Positions 1 to 8,912 of a DNA stretch of 24,000 nt are shown piece after piece. The stretch's first letter is position 1, and the number at the start of each line of letters is the position of its first letter. A program made the translations under genes and the position numbers. The stretch spans positions 64,476 to 88,475 of the forward strand of contig NZ_JARVXN010000014.1 in NCBI RefSeq assembly GCF_048957715.1, in the 5' to 3' direction. The DNA is from Mitsuaria sp. CC2. Its GTDB lineage: Bacteria; Pseudomonadota; Gammaproteobacteria; Burkholderiales; Burkholderiaceae_C. The notes beneath the pieces are model-generated. The model was not told the DNA's origin. It saw only the letters and a list, made by a program, of their open reading frames with translations, and made no database searches.

Positions 1-486
1 GTCGAAGGTGGTCTTCGCATCGGCGCGCGCGTCGGCGAGCGTCTGCTCCAGCGCCTTCTGCGCCGCCTGCATCTTCGGGATCGAACCCGCCTGATCGCCC
101 TGCTTGATGCCGAGGAACAGCTGCGCGGTGTCCACCGACGCGGCGTAGTAGGCCTCGAAGCCGCTTTCCAGCTTCGCGCCGGCATCGGCGCGGCCGGGGA
201 TCGCCTTGATGGTCGCCATCACCTTGCGCATCGCGGTCGCGCGCTCCGCGGCTTCATCCAGACGCTTCTTCTCGCCCTCGGCGACGGCGGACTGGATCGT
301 CCCACCCAACGCCTCGAGTTGCGCGGCCACCTGGTTGGTGGCCACCAGATACGGATAGTCGGCCTCGCCCAGCGCGTGGATCGCGCCCGAGGTCCTCGAC
401 GAAAAGAACAGCACCACCGCGATGCCCACCGCGAAAACGATCGCGGCCAGCACCGGCAGCATCGCGATACGGGTCTTCAAGTTCAT
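1..486 (-). CDS. N-terminus of a methyl-accepting chemotaxis / membrane sensor protein (runs off the window)
   Basis: Reverse-strand frame open from the ATG at 486 to the window edge: MNLKTRIAMLPVLAAIVFAVGIAVVLFFSSRTSGAIHALGEADYPYLVATNQVAAQLEALGG...; short cytoplasmic N-tail, one TM, then a helical periplasmic domain typical of MCP-like sensors. Absent from the ORF track because it is truncated. Confidence 0.6.
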   Translation of the reverse strand, partial: MNLKTRIAMLPVLAAIVFAVGIAVVLFFSSRTSGAIHALGEADYPYLVATNQVAAQLEALGGTIQSAVAEGEKKRLDEAAERATAMRKVMATIKAIPGRADAGAKLESGFEAYYAASVDTAQLFLGIKQGDQAGSIPKMQAAQKALEQTLADARADAKTTFD

Positions 487-567
487 GCCTGTCTCCAATA
501 CATCCTGTGTCTCCAACGACCTCCCCAGGTCGGCCCGGACGGCCTGCAGGCCGCCCGGGCGGCGGCG

Positions 568-996
568 TCAGTCGACGCTGAGCACCACCTTCACCGAGCC
601 GTCGACGGCCGACTTCTCGATGTAGCCGATGGCATCGGGATTCGCGGCGACGAACTTCTTCACGTCGGCCGCGCTGCCGAGTTCCTTCGGCGGCGTGCCC
701 TTGCCCGAGAACACCAGGCGCGACCAGGCGGCCTTCACCTGCGCGGACGACTTGCCGGTGGCCTTCGAATAGAAGTGCTCGCGCGCCGCGGCGCTGTCGG
801 GCAGATCCACCGCCTGCGCGGCGCTGCCGTTGGGCAGCTGGTTGGACTTGCCCAGGAAGATGCTCGCGACCTGGTCGGCGGTCATGCTGGCGACGGGGCT
901 CTTCGGATTGACCACGACGGCGACCTGCGCCTGCGCGGCCACGGCAGCGGCGAACAGCGCCGCGCCGATCACGGGCTTGATCATGTTGAACTGCAT
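568..996 (-). CDS. Small periplasmic PBP-like (phosphate ABC-type substrate-binding-like) protein, 142 aa
   Basis: Signal peptide (MIKPVIGAALFAAAVAAQA) followed by VVVNPKSPVASMTADQVASIFLGKSNQLPNG...REHFYSKATGKSSAQVKAAWSRLVFSGKGTPPKELGS...NPDAIGYIEKS, resembling the PstS-like fold. Confidence 0.75.
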   Translation of the reverse strand: MQFNMIKPVIGAALFAAAVAAQAQVAVVVNPKSPVASMTADQVASIFLGKSNQLPNGSAAQAVDLPDSAAAREHFYSKATGKSSAQVKAAWSRLVFSGKGTPPKELGSAADVKKFVAANPDAIGYIEKSAVDGSVKVVLSVD

Positions 997-1017
997 GGGG
1001 ACCTCTTTTTCTGATGC

Positions 1018-2226
1018 TTAGAACACGAAGTCGACGGCGACGCTGTAGACGCCGACGCGCTCGTTGTTGAAGCCCGGCTGGACGTTGTAGAACTGGCCGG
1101 CGCCGGTGGTCTTGATGCTGTCGTACTGGGCCTTGATGGCGATGTTTCGCCAGGCGTCCCAGCGCACGCCCAGACCGATGGTCTTCTGCGGCGTGCTCTG
1201 TGCGGCGGTCACCTCGTCCACGACGGCGCGCAGCGGCAGGCCGCCCACCACGACCGTGCCCGGGATCGTGTTGTTGACATTGCTGCTGTCGGTCTTCTGC
1301 TGCGACAGCGTCGCGTAGGGCGTGAACTTGCCGACGCGGTAGCCGACGGTCGTGTACCAGCCGGTGGTGTCCGGCACGAACGAGTCGTTGCGGCGCTTGG
1401 TGTACTCGGCGGCGACAACCCATTGGCCTTCGTCGTAAGTCAGTCCGACACCGGAGAAGCTGGCGTCCTTGTCGGTGGCGTCGATCTCGTTGCCGACCGA
1501 GGCGAACGGCGTCTGGCGCAGCGCGCCGACCAGCGAATTGACGGTGGCGCTGTGCGCGGTCAGCTTGCCCTGCGCGTGACCGACGCGCAGGTTCAGGCCG
1601 TCGGCCAGTTCGACGGTGGCGTTGATGCCGACCATCTTCTTGATCTCGAGCTTGGTCTGGCGCACGTACGACGAGGCTTCGCCGCCGAAGGCCTGCAGCG
1701 AGACGCTCTTGCCGGCGACCTGCGTCGTCCAGTTCACGTCGGCGCCGTCGAAGTGGCTCACCGGCACCTGGCCGTAGACGTCGATGGGCGGGCGCAGCCA
1801 GGTGTTGGCATAACCGACGTCACGGAAGTCGGACACCGCGAAGAACGGCGCGCCGATGCGGCCGGCGCGGATCGCCAGACCCGGCGTGGCCTGCCACTTG
1901 GCGAAAGCCCATTCGACCTGCGGCGTCCAGTCGCCCTTGCCGGTCTGCTTGGTCAGGACCTGGACCGTCGCGGAGAACCGCGAGTTGAATTTCGCCGTGC
2001 CCTGCAGGCCCAGCTTGCTGTCGACCTCGCCGCTGATCGTCTTGTCGGCGCCGTGGACCTGGCCCGGGATGACGTACTCGGCGCCGTCCTTGGTCGCGCC
2101 GGTGAGACCGACGGTGCCGAAGCCCGAGAAAGAGAACATCGAGTCCGATTGGCCCTGCGCCTGCGCGCCGAAAACCACCAGCGCCAGCGCCAAGGGCGTC
2201 ATGCGCAAGTTCTTCACCACCATCAT
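1018..2226 (-). CDS. Outer-membrane porin (beta-proteobacterial Gram-negative porin type)
   Basis: 402 aa; signal peptide ending AQAQG, then FSFSGFGTVGLTG, many amphipathic alternating strands, C-terminal VYSVAVDFVF ending in an aromatic residue as in OMPs. Confidence 0.85.
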   Translation of the reverse strand: MMVVKNLRMTPLALALVVFGAQAQGQSDSMFSFSGFGTVGLTGATKDGAEYVIPGQVHGADKTISGEVDSKLGLQGTAKFNSRFSATVQVLTKQTGKGDWTPQVEWAFAKWQATPGLAIRAGRIGAPFFAVSDFRDVGYANTWLRPPIDVYGQVPVSHFDGADVNWTTQVAGKSVSLQAFGGEASSYVRQTKLEIKKMVGINATVELADGLNLRVGHAQGKLTAHSATVNSLVGALRQTPFASVGNEIDATDKDASFSGVGLTYDEGQWVVAAEYTKRRNDSFVPDTTGWYTTVGYRVGKFTPYATLSQQKTDSSNVNNTIPGTVVVGGLPLRAVVDEVTAAQSTPQKTIGLGVRWDAWRNIAIKAQYDSIKTTGAGQFYNVQPGFNNERVGVYSVAVDFVF

Positions 2227-2434
2227 TGCAAGTACTCCTCTACAGCGTGAATGCCCAACGCGGGCATGTTCTTTTTGCGAACCAAACTGGGGCGCGGGTG
2301 CGCCTTTCGCCCGGTACGAAAGCAGTTGTCGGCCCTTCGGAAGCCGGCTTGAGCGAACCGCCCTGGAGGGCTGCCTCTAGAATCCGCCGGGCCTGCCGGA
2401 AACCGGCCAAACCTCACGAACCCACCCAAGACCC

Positions 2435-3178
2435 ATGTACAAGCTCGTGCTGATTCGCCATGGCGAATCGACCTGGAATCTCGAGAACCGCTTCACCGGC
2501 TGGACCGACGTGGATCTGACGCCCACCGGGGTGGAGCAGGCCAAGCAGGCGGGCCGTCTGCTGAAGGAAGCCGGCGTCGATTTCGACGTGGCCCACACTT
2601 CCGTGCTCAAGCGCGCCATCTGGACCCTGTGGCACTGCCTGGATCAGATGGATCGCCAATGGCTGCCGGTGAAGCACAGCTGGCGCCTGAACGAACGCCA
2701 CTACGGCGGCCTTCAGGGTCTGAACAAGGCGGACATGGCCAAGCAGTACGGCGACGAGCAGGTGCTCGTCTGGCGCCGGAGCTATGACACCCCGCCGCCG
2801 GCGCTGGAAGCGTCGGACCCGCGCAGCGAGCGCGGCGACATCCGCTATGCCGGACTGCAGCCCTCGGACGTGCCGCTGACCGAGTGCCTGAAGGACACCG
2901 TGGCCCGCGTGCTGCCCTACTGGAACGAACAGATCGCACCCGCGATTCTGTCGGGCCAGCGCGTGCTGATCGCCGCGCACGGCAACTCGATCCGCGCCCT
3001 CGTGAAGTATTTGGACGGCATCGCCGACGAAGCCATCGTTGGCGTGAATATTCCCAACGGAATCCCGCTGGTCTACGAACTGGACAAGGACCTGAAGCCC
3101 ATCAGGAGCTATTACCTGGGCGACGCCGAAGCCGCCGCGAAGGCGGCCGCGGCCGTGGCGAACCAGGGCAAGGCGTAA
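2435..3178 (+). CDS. gpmA: 2,3-bisphosphoglycerate-dependent phosphoglycerate mutase
   Basis: [27 protein letters not shown]...[39 protein letters not shown]...[17 protein letters not shown]; catalytic RHG and downstream H motif present. Confidence 0.97.
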   Translation: MYKLVLIRHGESTWNLENRFTGWTDVDLTPTGVEQAKQAGRLLKEAGVDFDVAHTSVLKRAIWTLWHCLDQMDRQWLPVKHSWRLNERHYGGLQGLNKADMAKQYGDEQVLVWRRSYDTPPPALEASDPRSERGDIRYAGLQPSDVPLTECLKDTVARVLPYWNEQIAPAILSGQRVLIAAHGNSIRALVKYLDGIADEAIVGVNIPNGIPLVYELDKDLKPIRSYYLGDAEAAAKAAAAVANQGKA

Positions 3179-3186
3179 GGTCGGGC

Positions 3187-3206
3187 AGCGCCGCGGGAGC
3201 GGCGCT
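3187..3206. terminator. Candidate factor-independent terminator between convergent genes (AGCGCCGC-GGGA-GCGGCGCT)
   Basis: Perfect 8-bp inverted repeat with GGGA tetraloop, 8 nt after the gpmA stop and directly abutting the stop of the convergent PRPP-synthetase-like gene; no clear U-tract. Confidence 0.5.
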
Positions 3207-4079
3207 CTACTTCCGCCGCAGCGCCGTCGCCAGCAGTTCGGCAACGCAGACCGCGTTGCTCTCGTGCGGCACGGCGTTGCTGCTCCAGACGTGACGGACG
3301 CCGGCCGCCCGCAGCGCCGGCAACGCATCGCCGTTGAACAGCGCATGCGTGACCGCGACATCCACGCTGGCCGCGCCGCGCTCCAGCGCCTCGCGCGCCG
3401 ATCCGATCAAGGTGCGGCCCGTCGACGCCATGTCGTCGAGCAGCACCACGGCCCGACCGCGCACCTCCAGGTCCGGGAACGCCAGCTGCACCTGGGTGTC
3501 GCCGAAGCGCACCTTCCGGCCGACCGCGAATTCAAGTTTCGCGGCACGCGCCGCCTCCGCGACCCACTGGCCGGATTCTTCGTCCGGACCGACCAGCACC
3601 GCCCCCGGCTCCTGCACGGCGATGAAGCGCCCCAGCAGGGCCGCGGCCGACAGCGCCACGCCCTTCCCCTTGGGCATCACCTCGTCGAGACTCGCAATGC
3701 GGTGCAGGTGCGGATCCACCGTGACGACACGGTCGAACTGCGTCGACAGCAAGGTTGAGATGTGCCTCTGGCTGACCGCCTCACCCGGCGTGAACTCCAT
3801 GTCCTGCCGCATGTAGGCCAGGTACGGCGCCACCAGCATCAGGTGCCGGACGCCCCAGCTGCGCGCCGCAGGCGCCGCGATCAGGAGCTCGACCAGTCGA
3901 TCGTTCGGTTGATGCTGCAATCCACGCAGCACAATGATGTCGACCGGCAACGGCTTGGGAAGGATCAGCCGCAGTTCCCCATCCGGAAATCGATGGCGCG
4001 TGATCACACCCAGCGGCCGACCCAGCTCACGCGCCAGACGCGTGGCCAACTCCTGTTCATCTTCGAAACAAAGCAGCAT
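3207..4079 (-). CDS. Ribose-phosphate pyrophosphokinase family paralog (short, 290 aa)
   Basis: MLLCFEDEQELATRLARELG...ITRHRFPDGELRL...VVTVDPHLHRI...VLVGPDEESGQWVAEAA...AVVLLDDMASTGRTLIGSAREAL; PRPP-binding loop LLDDMASTG. The ORF in the track extends to 4205, but homology-like sequence begins at the ATG at 4079. Confidence 0.85.
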   Translation of the reverse strand: MLLCFEDEQELATRLARELGRPLGVITRHRFPDGELRLILPKPLPVDIIVLRGLQHQPNDRLVELLIAAPAARSWGVRHLMLVAPYLAYMRQDMEFTPGEAVSQRHISTLLSTQFDRVVTVDPHLHRIASLDEVMPKGKGVALSAAALLGRFIAVQEPGAVLVGPDEESGQWVAEAARAAKLEFAVGRKVRFGDTQVQLAFPDLEVRGRAVVLLDDMASTGRTLIGSAREALERGAASVDVAVTHALFNGDALPALRAAGVRHVWSSNAVPHESNAVCVAELLATALRRK

Positions 4080-4197
4080 CGCCGGATCCTCGCACCAATC
4101 GGGACCCGGAGGGCATCCGGCATACCCGGGCTGGGCGAACTGAGCCCGGCGGTTGGGGGATGACCGCCTACCTGCCAGCAACGGCGCGCTTGGCCGC

Positions 4198-4242
4198 CAA
4201 GTCATGAGGCCCCCGCGGCAAGCGCGGAAACCTCACGACTTG
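4198..4242. terminator. Interrupted 45-nt hairpin downstream of plsC, candidate terminator
   Basis: Arms 4198-4209 CAAGTCATGAGG and 4231-4242 CCTCACGACTTG (11/12 paired), with inner stem CCGCG-GCAAG-CGCGG (4213-4227) on the same axis of symmetry. Confidence 0.5.
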
Positions 4243-4264
4243 CCGTCCCCGAACGACCCAGGAC

Positions 4265-5002
4265 TCAGGGCCTTGGGAGTGCGTTGTCGATTCGGTCCGA
4301 AAGAGCCCCCGCCAGGTGGCGGCGATCAAGACCCTCGGTGGGCATCGCGGGCAGCGATCGCACTTCGACCGCCAGGTCCTTGGCGGTCAGGATGCGCCAG
4401 AGACTTTCCATCAACGACATCTGACCGATGTACTGCGCCGCATCGCTGTACGGCACGCCGGGCTGATGCCAGCGCAGCACCACGGGCTGCAGCGGCGTGT
4501 GCGTGCTGATCGCCGCCTGCAAGAGATTGCCGTGCAAAGGCAGCAACGGGTAACCCGCACCTGTCGTACCTTCGGGGAAGACCGCCACCGTCTCGCCAGC
4601 AGCCAGCGCCTCGGCCGTCTTGTGCACGACACGCAGCGCATCGCGCTTGTTGGCTCGCTCAATGTAGAGCGTGCCGACCGCCGTCGCCAGTGCGCCCACC
4701 AGCGGCCAGGTCGCAATGTCAGCCTTGGAGACGAAGCGCGCTTCAGGCATCACCGCATGAATCGCTGCGATGTCCAGCCAGGAAATGTGGTTCGCCGTGA
4801 TCAGCCGCGGCGACGGAGCCTGCGGCCCGGGCGATTCGAGTCGCACACCCAGCACGCGCAGCAGCTTGGCCGACCACCAGCCCACATAGCGCTGCTTGGC
4901 CGGCGTCTCCAGACGACGCCAGCGAAACTGGACGAGGTACACCCCGTGCCCGATGTGCGCGAGCATCCGCAGCGCACGCCACGCCCCGACCAGGGCACGC
5001 AT
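4265..5002 (-). CDS. plsC: 1-acyl-sn-glycerol-3-phosphate acyltransferase (lysophospholipid acyltransferase family)
   Basis: [20 protein letters not shown]...LITANHISWLDIAAIHAVMPEARFVSKADIATWPLVGALATAVGTLYIER...VAVFPEGTTG; HX4D and FPEGT motifs. The tracked ORF 4265-5803 overextends through an out-of-frame shadow of pyrC'. Confidence 0.93.
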   Translation of the reverse strand: MRALVGAWRALRMLAHIGHGVYLVQFRWRRLETPAKQRYVGWWSAKLLRVLGVRLESPGPQAPSPRLITANHISWLDIAAIHAVMPEARFVSKADIATWPLVGALATAVGTLYIERANKRDALRVVHKTAEALAAGETVAVFPEGTTGAGYPLLPLHGNLLQAAISTHTPLQPVVLRWHQPGVPYSDAAQYIGQMSLMESLWRILTAKDLAVEVRSLPAMPTEGLDRRHLAGALSDRIDNALPRP

Positions 5003-6330
5003 CAGACGGTCCGCTCGGCTTCGGTGACCAGCGATTCGTAGGCGACCGTGCCGGCCACCAGCGTGTAGCGCACCCGGCCCGGCAATTCGAAGCCGGTGAT
5101 GTCGAACGCGAACGGCGTGTGCTTGCCCTGGCTGACGAGACGCTCCGGTGTCACCGCGCCGCTGGCCTCGGCATCGAAGACGACGACGTCGCCGACGCCG
5201 CCTTCGACCAGCCGGCCCGCGCTCGCCGCCAGCGAGCCGAGCGCGCTGCCCAGCACCTTCACCGGACGCGCGGTGATGGTGTCGAGCGCCCGCGCGAGCG
5301 GCAGCCCTTCGTCCTGGCCCCACCGCAGCGCGAGGCTCAGCAGCAGCTCCAGCCCGGTCGCGCCGGGCGTCGCCTCGGCGAAAGGCAAGGTCTTCTCGTC
5401 GGCGGCGACGGGGTTGTGGTCGCTGACGAGCGCATCGATGGTGCCGTCGGCCAGCGCGGCGCGCAGCGCGGCGCGGTCGCGCTGCTGGCGCAACGGCGGC
5501 TGCAGGCGCATGGACGAGTTGAAGTAGCCGATGTCGACGTCGCTGAGGTGCAGCGAGTTGATCGAGACGTCGGCCGTGATCGGCAGGCCGTCCTTCTTGG
5601 CCTGGCGCACGAGTTCGACGCCGGCGGCGCTGCTCAGGCGGCAGAGGTGGACGCGGCAGCCGGTGACGCGCACCAGTTCCAGGATCGTGTGCAGCGCGAT
5701 GGTCTCGGCGGCGACCGGCTCGCCTGACAGACCCAGCCGCGTCGCCACGGGGCCGCTGGCCGCGACGCCGCCACTCAGCCAGGGATCCTGCGCATGCAGC
5801 CACAGCGTATAGCCGAAGCTGGCCGCGTACTGCATCGCACGCTGCACGGTCAGGGTGTTGCGGATGGGCACGTAGGCCTGCGAGAAGCCGACGCAGCCGG
5901 ACTCGGTCAGCTCGGCCATTTCGGTCAGGGATTCGCCGGCGAGGCCGCGCGTCAGCGCGCCCAGCGGGAATAGCCGGCAGCGGCTGAGCTTGCGGGCGCG
6001 GAACTTGAGCATGTCGACGAGGCCGGGCTCGTCGAGCGTGGGATCGGTGTCGGGCGGGCAGACGAGGCTGGTGACGCCGCCGGCGGCGGCGGCGGCGAGC
6101 TCGCTCTCCAGCATGCCTTCGTGCTCGTGGCCCGGCTCGCGCAGACGCGCGGCGAGGTCGACGAGACCCGGTGCGACCACGAGGCCAGTGGCATCGATGA
6201 CGCGATCGGCGTTGAAGTCGCCGACGCCGCCGAGACCGACGATGCGGCCCGAGGCGATGGCGAGGTCGCCGACCTGGTCGAGGCCCGAGGCGGGATCGAG
6301 CAGCCGACCGTTCTGGATGAGGATCTTCAT
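5002..6330 (-). CDS. pyrC': Dihydroorotase-like protein PyrC' (predicted non-catalytic ATCase subunit)
   Basis: 442 aa, [53 protein letters not shown]...[15 protein letters not shown]; located directly after pyrB; DxHxH metal motif replaced by DLAARL. Confidence 0.93.
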   Translation of the reverse strand: MKILIQNGRLLDPASGLDQVGDLAIASGRIVGLGGVGDFNADRVIDATGLVVAPGLVDLAARLREPGHEHEGMLESELAAAAAGGVTSLVCPPDTDPTLDEPGLVDMLKFRARKLSRCRLFPLGALTRGLAGESLTEMAELTESGCVGFSQAYVPIRNTLTVQRAMQYAASFGYTLWLHAQDPWLSGGVAASGPVATRLGLSGEPVAAETIALHTILELVRVTGCRVHLCRLSSAAGVELVRQAKKDGLPITADVSINSLHLSDVDIGYFNSSMRLQPPLRQQRDRAALRAALADGTIDALVSDHNPVAADEKTLPFAEATPGATGLELLLSLALRWGQDEGLPLARALDTITARPVKVLGSALGSLAASAGRLVEGGVGDVVVFDAEASGAVTPERLVSQGKHTPFAFDITGFELPGRVRYTLVAGTVAYESLVTEAERTV

Positions 6331-7289
6331 GCTTCGTTCCCCGCGAGGATGGACATGACAGCCATGCGCACCGCGATGCCGAAGGTGACCTGCGGCAGGA
6401 TGACGCTGTGCTGTCCGTCGGCGACGGTGGACGAAATCTCCACGCCGCGGTTGATCGGGCCCGGATGCATCACGATCGCATCGGGCTTGGCCAGCGCCAG
6501 CTTCTCAGGCGTGAGGCCGAAACTCTTGAAGTACTCGCCGGTGCTCGGCAGCATCGCGCCGCTCATGCGCTCGTTCTGCAGGCGCAGCATGATGATGACG
6601 TCGGCATCCTTCACGCCCTCGGCCATGTCGTGACACACGCGCACGCCCATGTCCTTGAGGTCGCCGGGCACCAGCGTCTTGGGTCCCACCGCGCGGATCT
6701 CCGGGACGCCCAGCGTCGTGAGCGCGTGGATGTCGCTGCGCGCGACGCGCGAGTGCACGATGTCGCCGACGATCGCCACGGTGAGGTTGGTGAAGTCCTT
6801 CTTGTAGTGGCGGATCGTGTACATGTCGAGCAGGCCCTGCGTCGGATGCGCGTGGCGGCCGTCGCCGGCGTTGACCACATGGACATGCGGCGCGCAGTGC
6901 TGCGCGATCAGGTAGGGCGCGCCCGATTCGCTGTGGCGCACGACGAACATGTCCGCGTGCATCGCCGACAGGTTGGCCACGGTGTCCAGCAGGGTCTCGC
7001 CCTTGGCCGCGCTGGAGCGCGCGATGTCCAGGTTGATGACGTCGGCGGAGAGACGCTTGGCGGCGATCTCGAAGGTGGTGCGGGTGCGGGTGCTGTTCTC
7101 GAAGAACAGGTTGAACACCGACTTGCCGCGCAGCAGCGGCACCTTCTTGACCTCGCGGTCGTTGACCGAGAGGAAGGTCCCGGCCGTGTCCAGGATCTGA
7201 TGCAGCACGGCCTTGGGCAGGCCTTCGGTGGACAGCAGGTGGATCAGTTCGCCATGCTTGTTCAGCTGCGGGTTGCGTTTGCTCAGCAT
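6327..7289 (-). CDS. pyrB: Aspartate carbamoyltransferase catalytic subunit
   Basis: [23 protein letters not shown]...[24 protein letters not shown]...[15 protein letters not shown]...[12 protein letters not shown]. Confidence 0.98.
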   Translation of the reverse strand: MLSKRNPQLNKHGELIHLLSTEGLPKAVLHQILDTAGTFLSVNDREVKKVPLLRGKSVFNLFFENSTRTRTTFEIAAKRLSADVINLDIARSSAAKGETLLDTVANLSAMHADMFVVRHSESGAPYLIAQHCAPHVHVVNAGDGRHAHPTQGLLDMYTIRHYKKDFTNLTVAIVGDIVHSRVARSDIHALTTLGVPEIRAVGPKTLVPGDLKDMGVRVCHDMAEGVKDADVIIMLRLQNERMSGAMLPSTGEYFKSFGLTPEKLALAKPDAIVMHPGPINRGVEISSTVADGQHSVILPQVTFGIAVRMAVMSILAGNEA

Positions 7290-7293
7290 GGGA

Positions 7294-7794
7294 TCAGTCC
7301 TCCTTCACGTCGAAGCTGAATCGGCCTTCGTCACCCTTCACCAGGCTGAGGCGCTGGTTCGGCGCGACGGCGACGCGCGCGGCGGAGAACGCGGGCTCGA
7401 TCGGCAGTTCGCGGCCGCCGCGGTCGACCAGCACCGCCAGGGTGACGCTGGCGGGGCGGCCAAAGTCGAACAGTTCATTGATCACGGCTCGCGTCGTGCG
7501 TCCGGTGTAGAGCACGTCGTCGATCAGGAGGACGTGGCGACCCTCGATGTCGAAGGGTAGCTTGGTGTGGTCGGCGCTCGCGTTCATGCCTTTGCTGCCG
7601 AAGTCGTCGCGATGCAGCGCGCTGGAGATGACGCCGTGCTGGCCGGCCAGCTTCAGGTCCTGCTGGAGACGCTCCGCCAGCCAGGCGCCGCCCGACCAGA
7701 TGCCGACCAGCGCGCTGTCGGGTTGCAGCAGGCGCTGGACGCCGCGCACGAGGTCGGCGTAGAGCGCTTCCGCATCGAGGTGCAATGTGCTCAT
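7294..7794 (-). CDS. pyrR: PyrR, pyr operon regulator / uracil phosphoribosyltransferase-like
   Basis: 166 aa; [16 protein letters not shown]...[64 protein letters not shown]; type I PRTase PRPP loop. Confidence 0.96.
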   Translation of the reverse strand: MSTLHLDAEALYADLVRGVQRLLQPDSALVGIWSGGAWLAERLQQDLKLAGQHGVISSALHRDDFGSKGMNASADHTKLPFDIEGRHVLLIDDVLYTGRTTRAVINELFDFGRPASVTLAVLVDRGGRELPIEPAFSAARVAVAPNQRLSLVKGDEGRFSFDVKED

Positions 7795-8207
7795 GGGTGT
7801 TCCCGGAAGAATTGTTCGAGGATCAATGCCGCGCTCGCGGCATCGAGGTCGCGCGCGCCCTGCGACTGGGCTTCCACGCTGGTGTAGCGTTCATCGACTT
7901 CGACCACCGGCAGCCGGTAGCGGCCACGCAGTTGCCCGGCGAACTTGAGCGCGCGGGCCGTCATCTCGTGAGGCGCGCCGTCCGGATGGCGCGGGACGCC
8001 GATGACCAGCGCATCGGGCTCCCACGCCTGGATCAGCGCGGTGATCGCCGCCCAGCGGGCATCGCCCTGTTCGGTGATGGTCCGGAGCCCGCGCGCGCTC
8101 CCCAGCATCCGGTTGCCGGTCGCCACGCCGAGGCGCTTGGTACCGAAATCAAAACCGAGCGGGGAAACGTAGGCAGCGGGGGAAGAAGCGGAAGAGACAG
8201 TGCTCAT
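7791..8207 (-). CDS. ruvX: Putative pre-16S rRNA nuclease / Holliday junction resolvase-like YqgF family
   Basis: MSTVSSASSPAAYVSPLGFDFGTKRLGVATGNRM...LVIGVPRHPDG...LPVVEVDERYTSVEAQ...LDAASAALILEQFF; start chosen at 8207. The ORF-track start at 8354 would run through the intergenic inverted-repeat element. Confidence 0.93.
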   Translation of the reverse strand: MSTVSSASSPAAYVSPLGFDFGTKRLGVATGNRMLGSARGLRTITEQGDARWAAITALIQAWEPDALVIGVPRHPDGAPHEMTARALKFAGQLRGRYRLPVVEVDERYTSVEAQSQGARDLDAASAALILEQFFREHP

Positions 8208-8232
8208 GACGCCTCCGGTCATGCCCGGCGCC

Positions 8233-8291
8233 GGGCCGCCCCTAGGCGGGCAGCGCCCCTTGGGGGCAGGAGCGCAGCGACGGGGCGGCTC
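8233..8291. repeat. Compound inverted-repeat element in the yqgE-ruvX gap
   Basis: Outer arms GCCGCCCC (8235-8242) / GGGGCGGC (8282-8289), plus CCGCC-CCTA-GGCGG (8236-8249) and GCCCC-TTG-GGGGC (8255-8267). Confidence 0.55.
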
Positions 8292-8298
8292 ACCGTCA

Positions 8299-8877
8299 TC
8301 ATGCGTGCCCGGCCTCCTGGCTGAGCATGCGCGGGTCGATACCGAGCAAGGCAAGCGCCTTGTCGTAGCGCTCCTCGATCGGCGTGTCGAAGATGATCTC
8401 GGGTTTGGCGTCGACGGTGATCCAGCCGTTGCGGCCGAGCTCCTCCTCCAACTGGCCCGCGGCCCAGCCGCTGTAGCCCAGCGTGATCAGCACGCGCTTG
8501 GGACCGGCGCCGTTGGACAGCGCCTCCAGCACGTCGCGGCTGGTCGTCATCTCCAGCCCGCCGGGCACCGCCAGCGTCGCGCTGTAGTGGTTGCCCTGCT
8601 CGTCCAGCGCCTCGTGCAGCACGAAGCCGCGTTCGGTCTGCACCGGCCCGCCGAAGAACACCGGCCGCGCGGCCATGTCCAGGTCGGACAACTCGAGCTC
8701 GACCTTCTCGAACAGGTTGCCCAGGGTCAGCGAGATCGGCTTGTTGATGACCAGGCCCAGCGCGCCCTTTTCGTTGTGCTCGCACAGGTAGATGACGGAG
8801 CCGGCAAAGGTCTCGTCCACCATGCCCGGCATGGCGATCAGGAACTGGTTGGTCAGGTCGATGCGTTCCTTGGACAT
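8299..8877 (-). CDS. yqgE: YqgE/AlgH family protein (UPF0301)
   Basis: LTNQFLIAMPGMVDETFAGSVIYLCEHNEKGALGLVINKP...VFFGGPVQTERGFVLHE...LITLGYSGWAAGQLEEELGRNGWITV. Confidence 0.96.
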   Translation of the reverse strand: MSKERIDLTNQFLIAMPGMVDETFAGSVIYLCEHNEKGALGLVINKPISLTLGNLFEKVELELSDLDMAARPVFFGGPVQTERGFVLHEALDEQGNHYSATLAVPGGLEMTTSRDVLEALSNGAGPKRVLITLGYSGWAAGQLEEELGRNGWITVDAKPEIIFDTPIEERYDKALALLGIDPRMLSQEAGHA

Positions 8878-8912
8878 AGGGACGGATTCTATTTCACCGA
8901 CACTCGCTCTCC

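Noticed and set aside
254-1423. 389-aa minus-strand ORF spanning three genes
   Set aside because: Arg-rich out-of-frame shadow crossing the chemoreceptor-like, PBP-like and porin genes, each supported in its own frame.
2349-2383. Possible sigma70 promoter for gpmA (TTGAGC ... TAGAAT)
   Set aside because: The TAGAAT -10-like box is plausible, but the TTGAGC box is 23 bp away, too far for a standard spacer, and no good -35 lies at 17 bp. Not strong enough to list as a feature.
5003-5803. N-terminal extension of the tracked 512-aa ORF (4265-5803)
   Set aside because: This part is an out-of-frame read of pyrC' (Arg/Ala/Gly-rich); real PlsC homology starts at the ATG at 5002.
6408-7319. 303-aa plus-strand ORF antisense to pyrB
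   Set aside because: Opposite a textbook aspartate carbamoyltransferase; no domain features.
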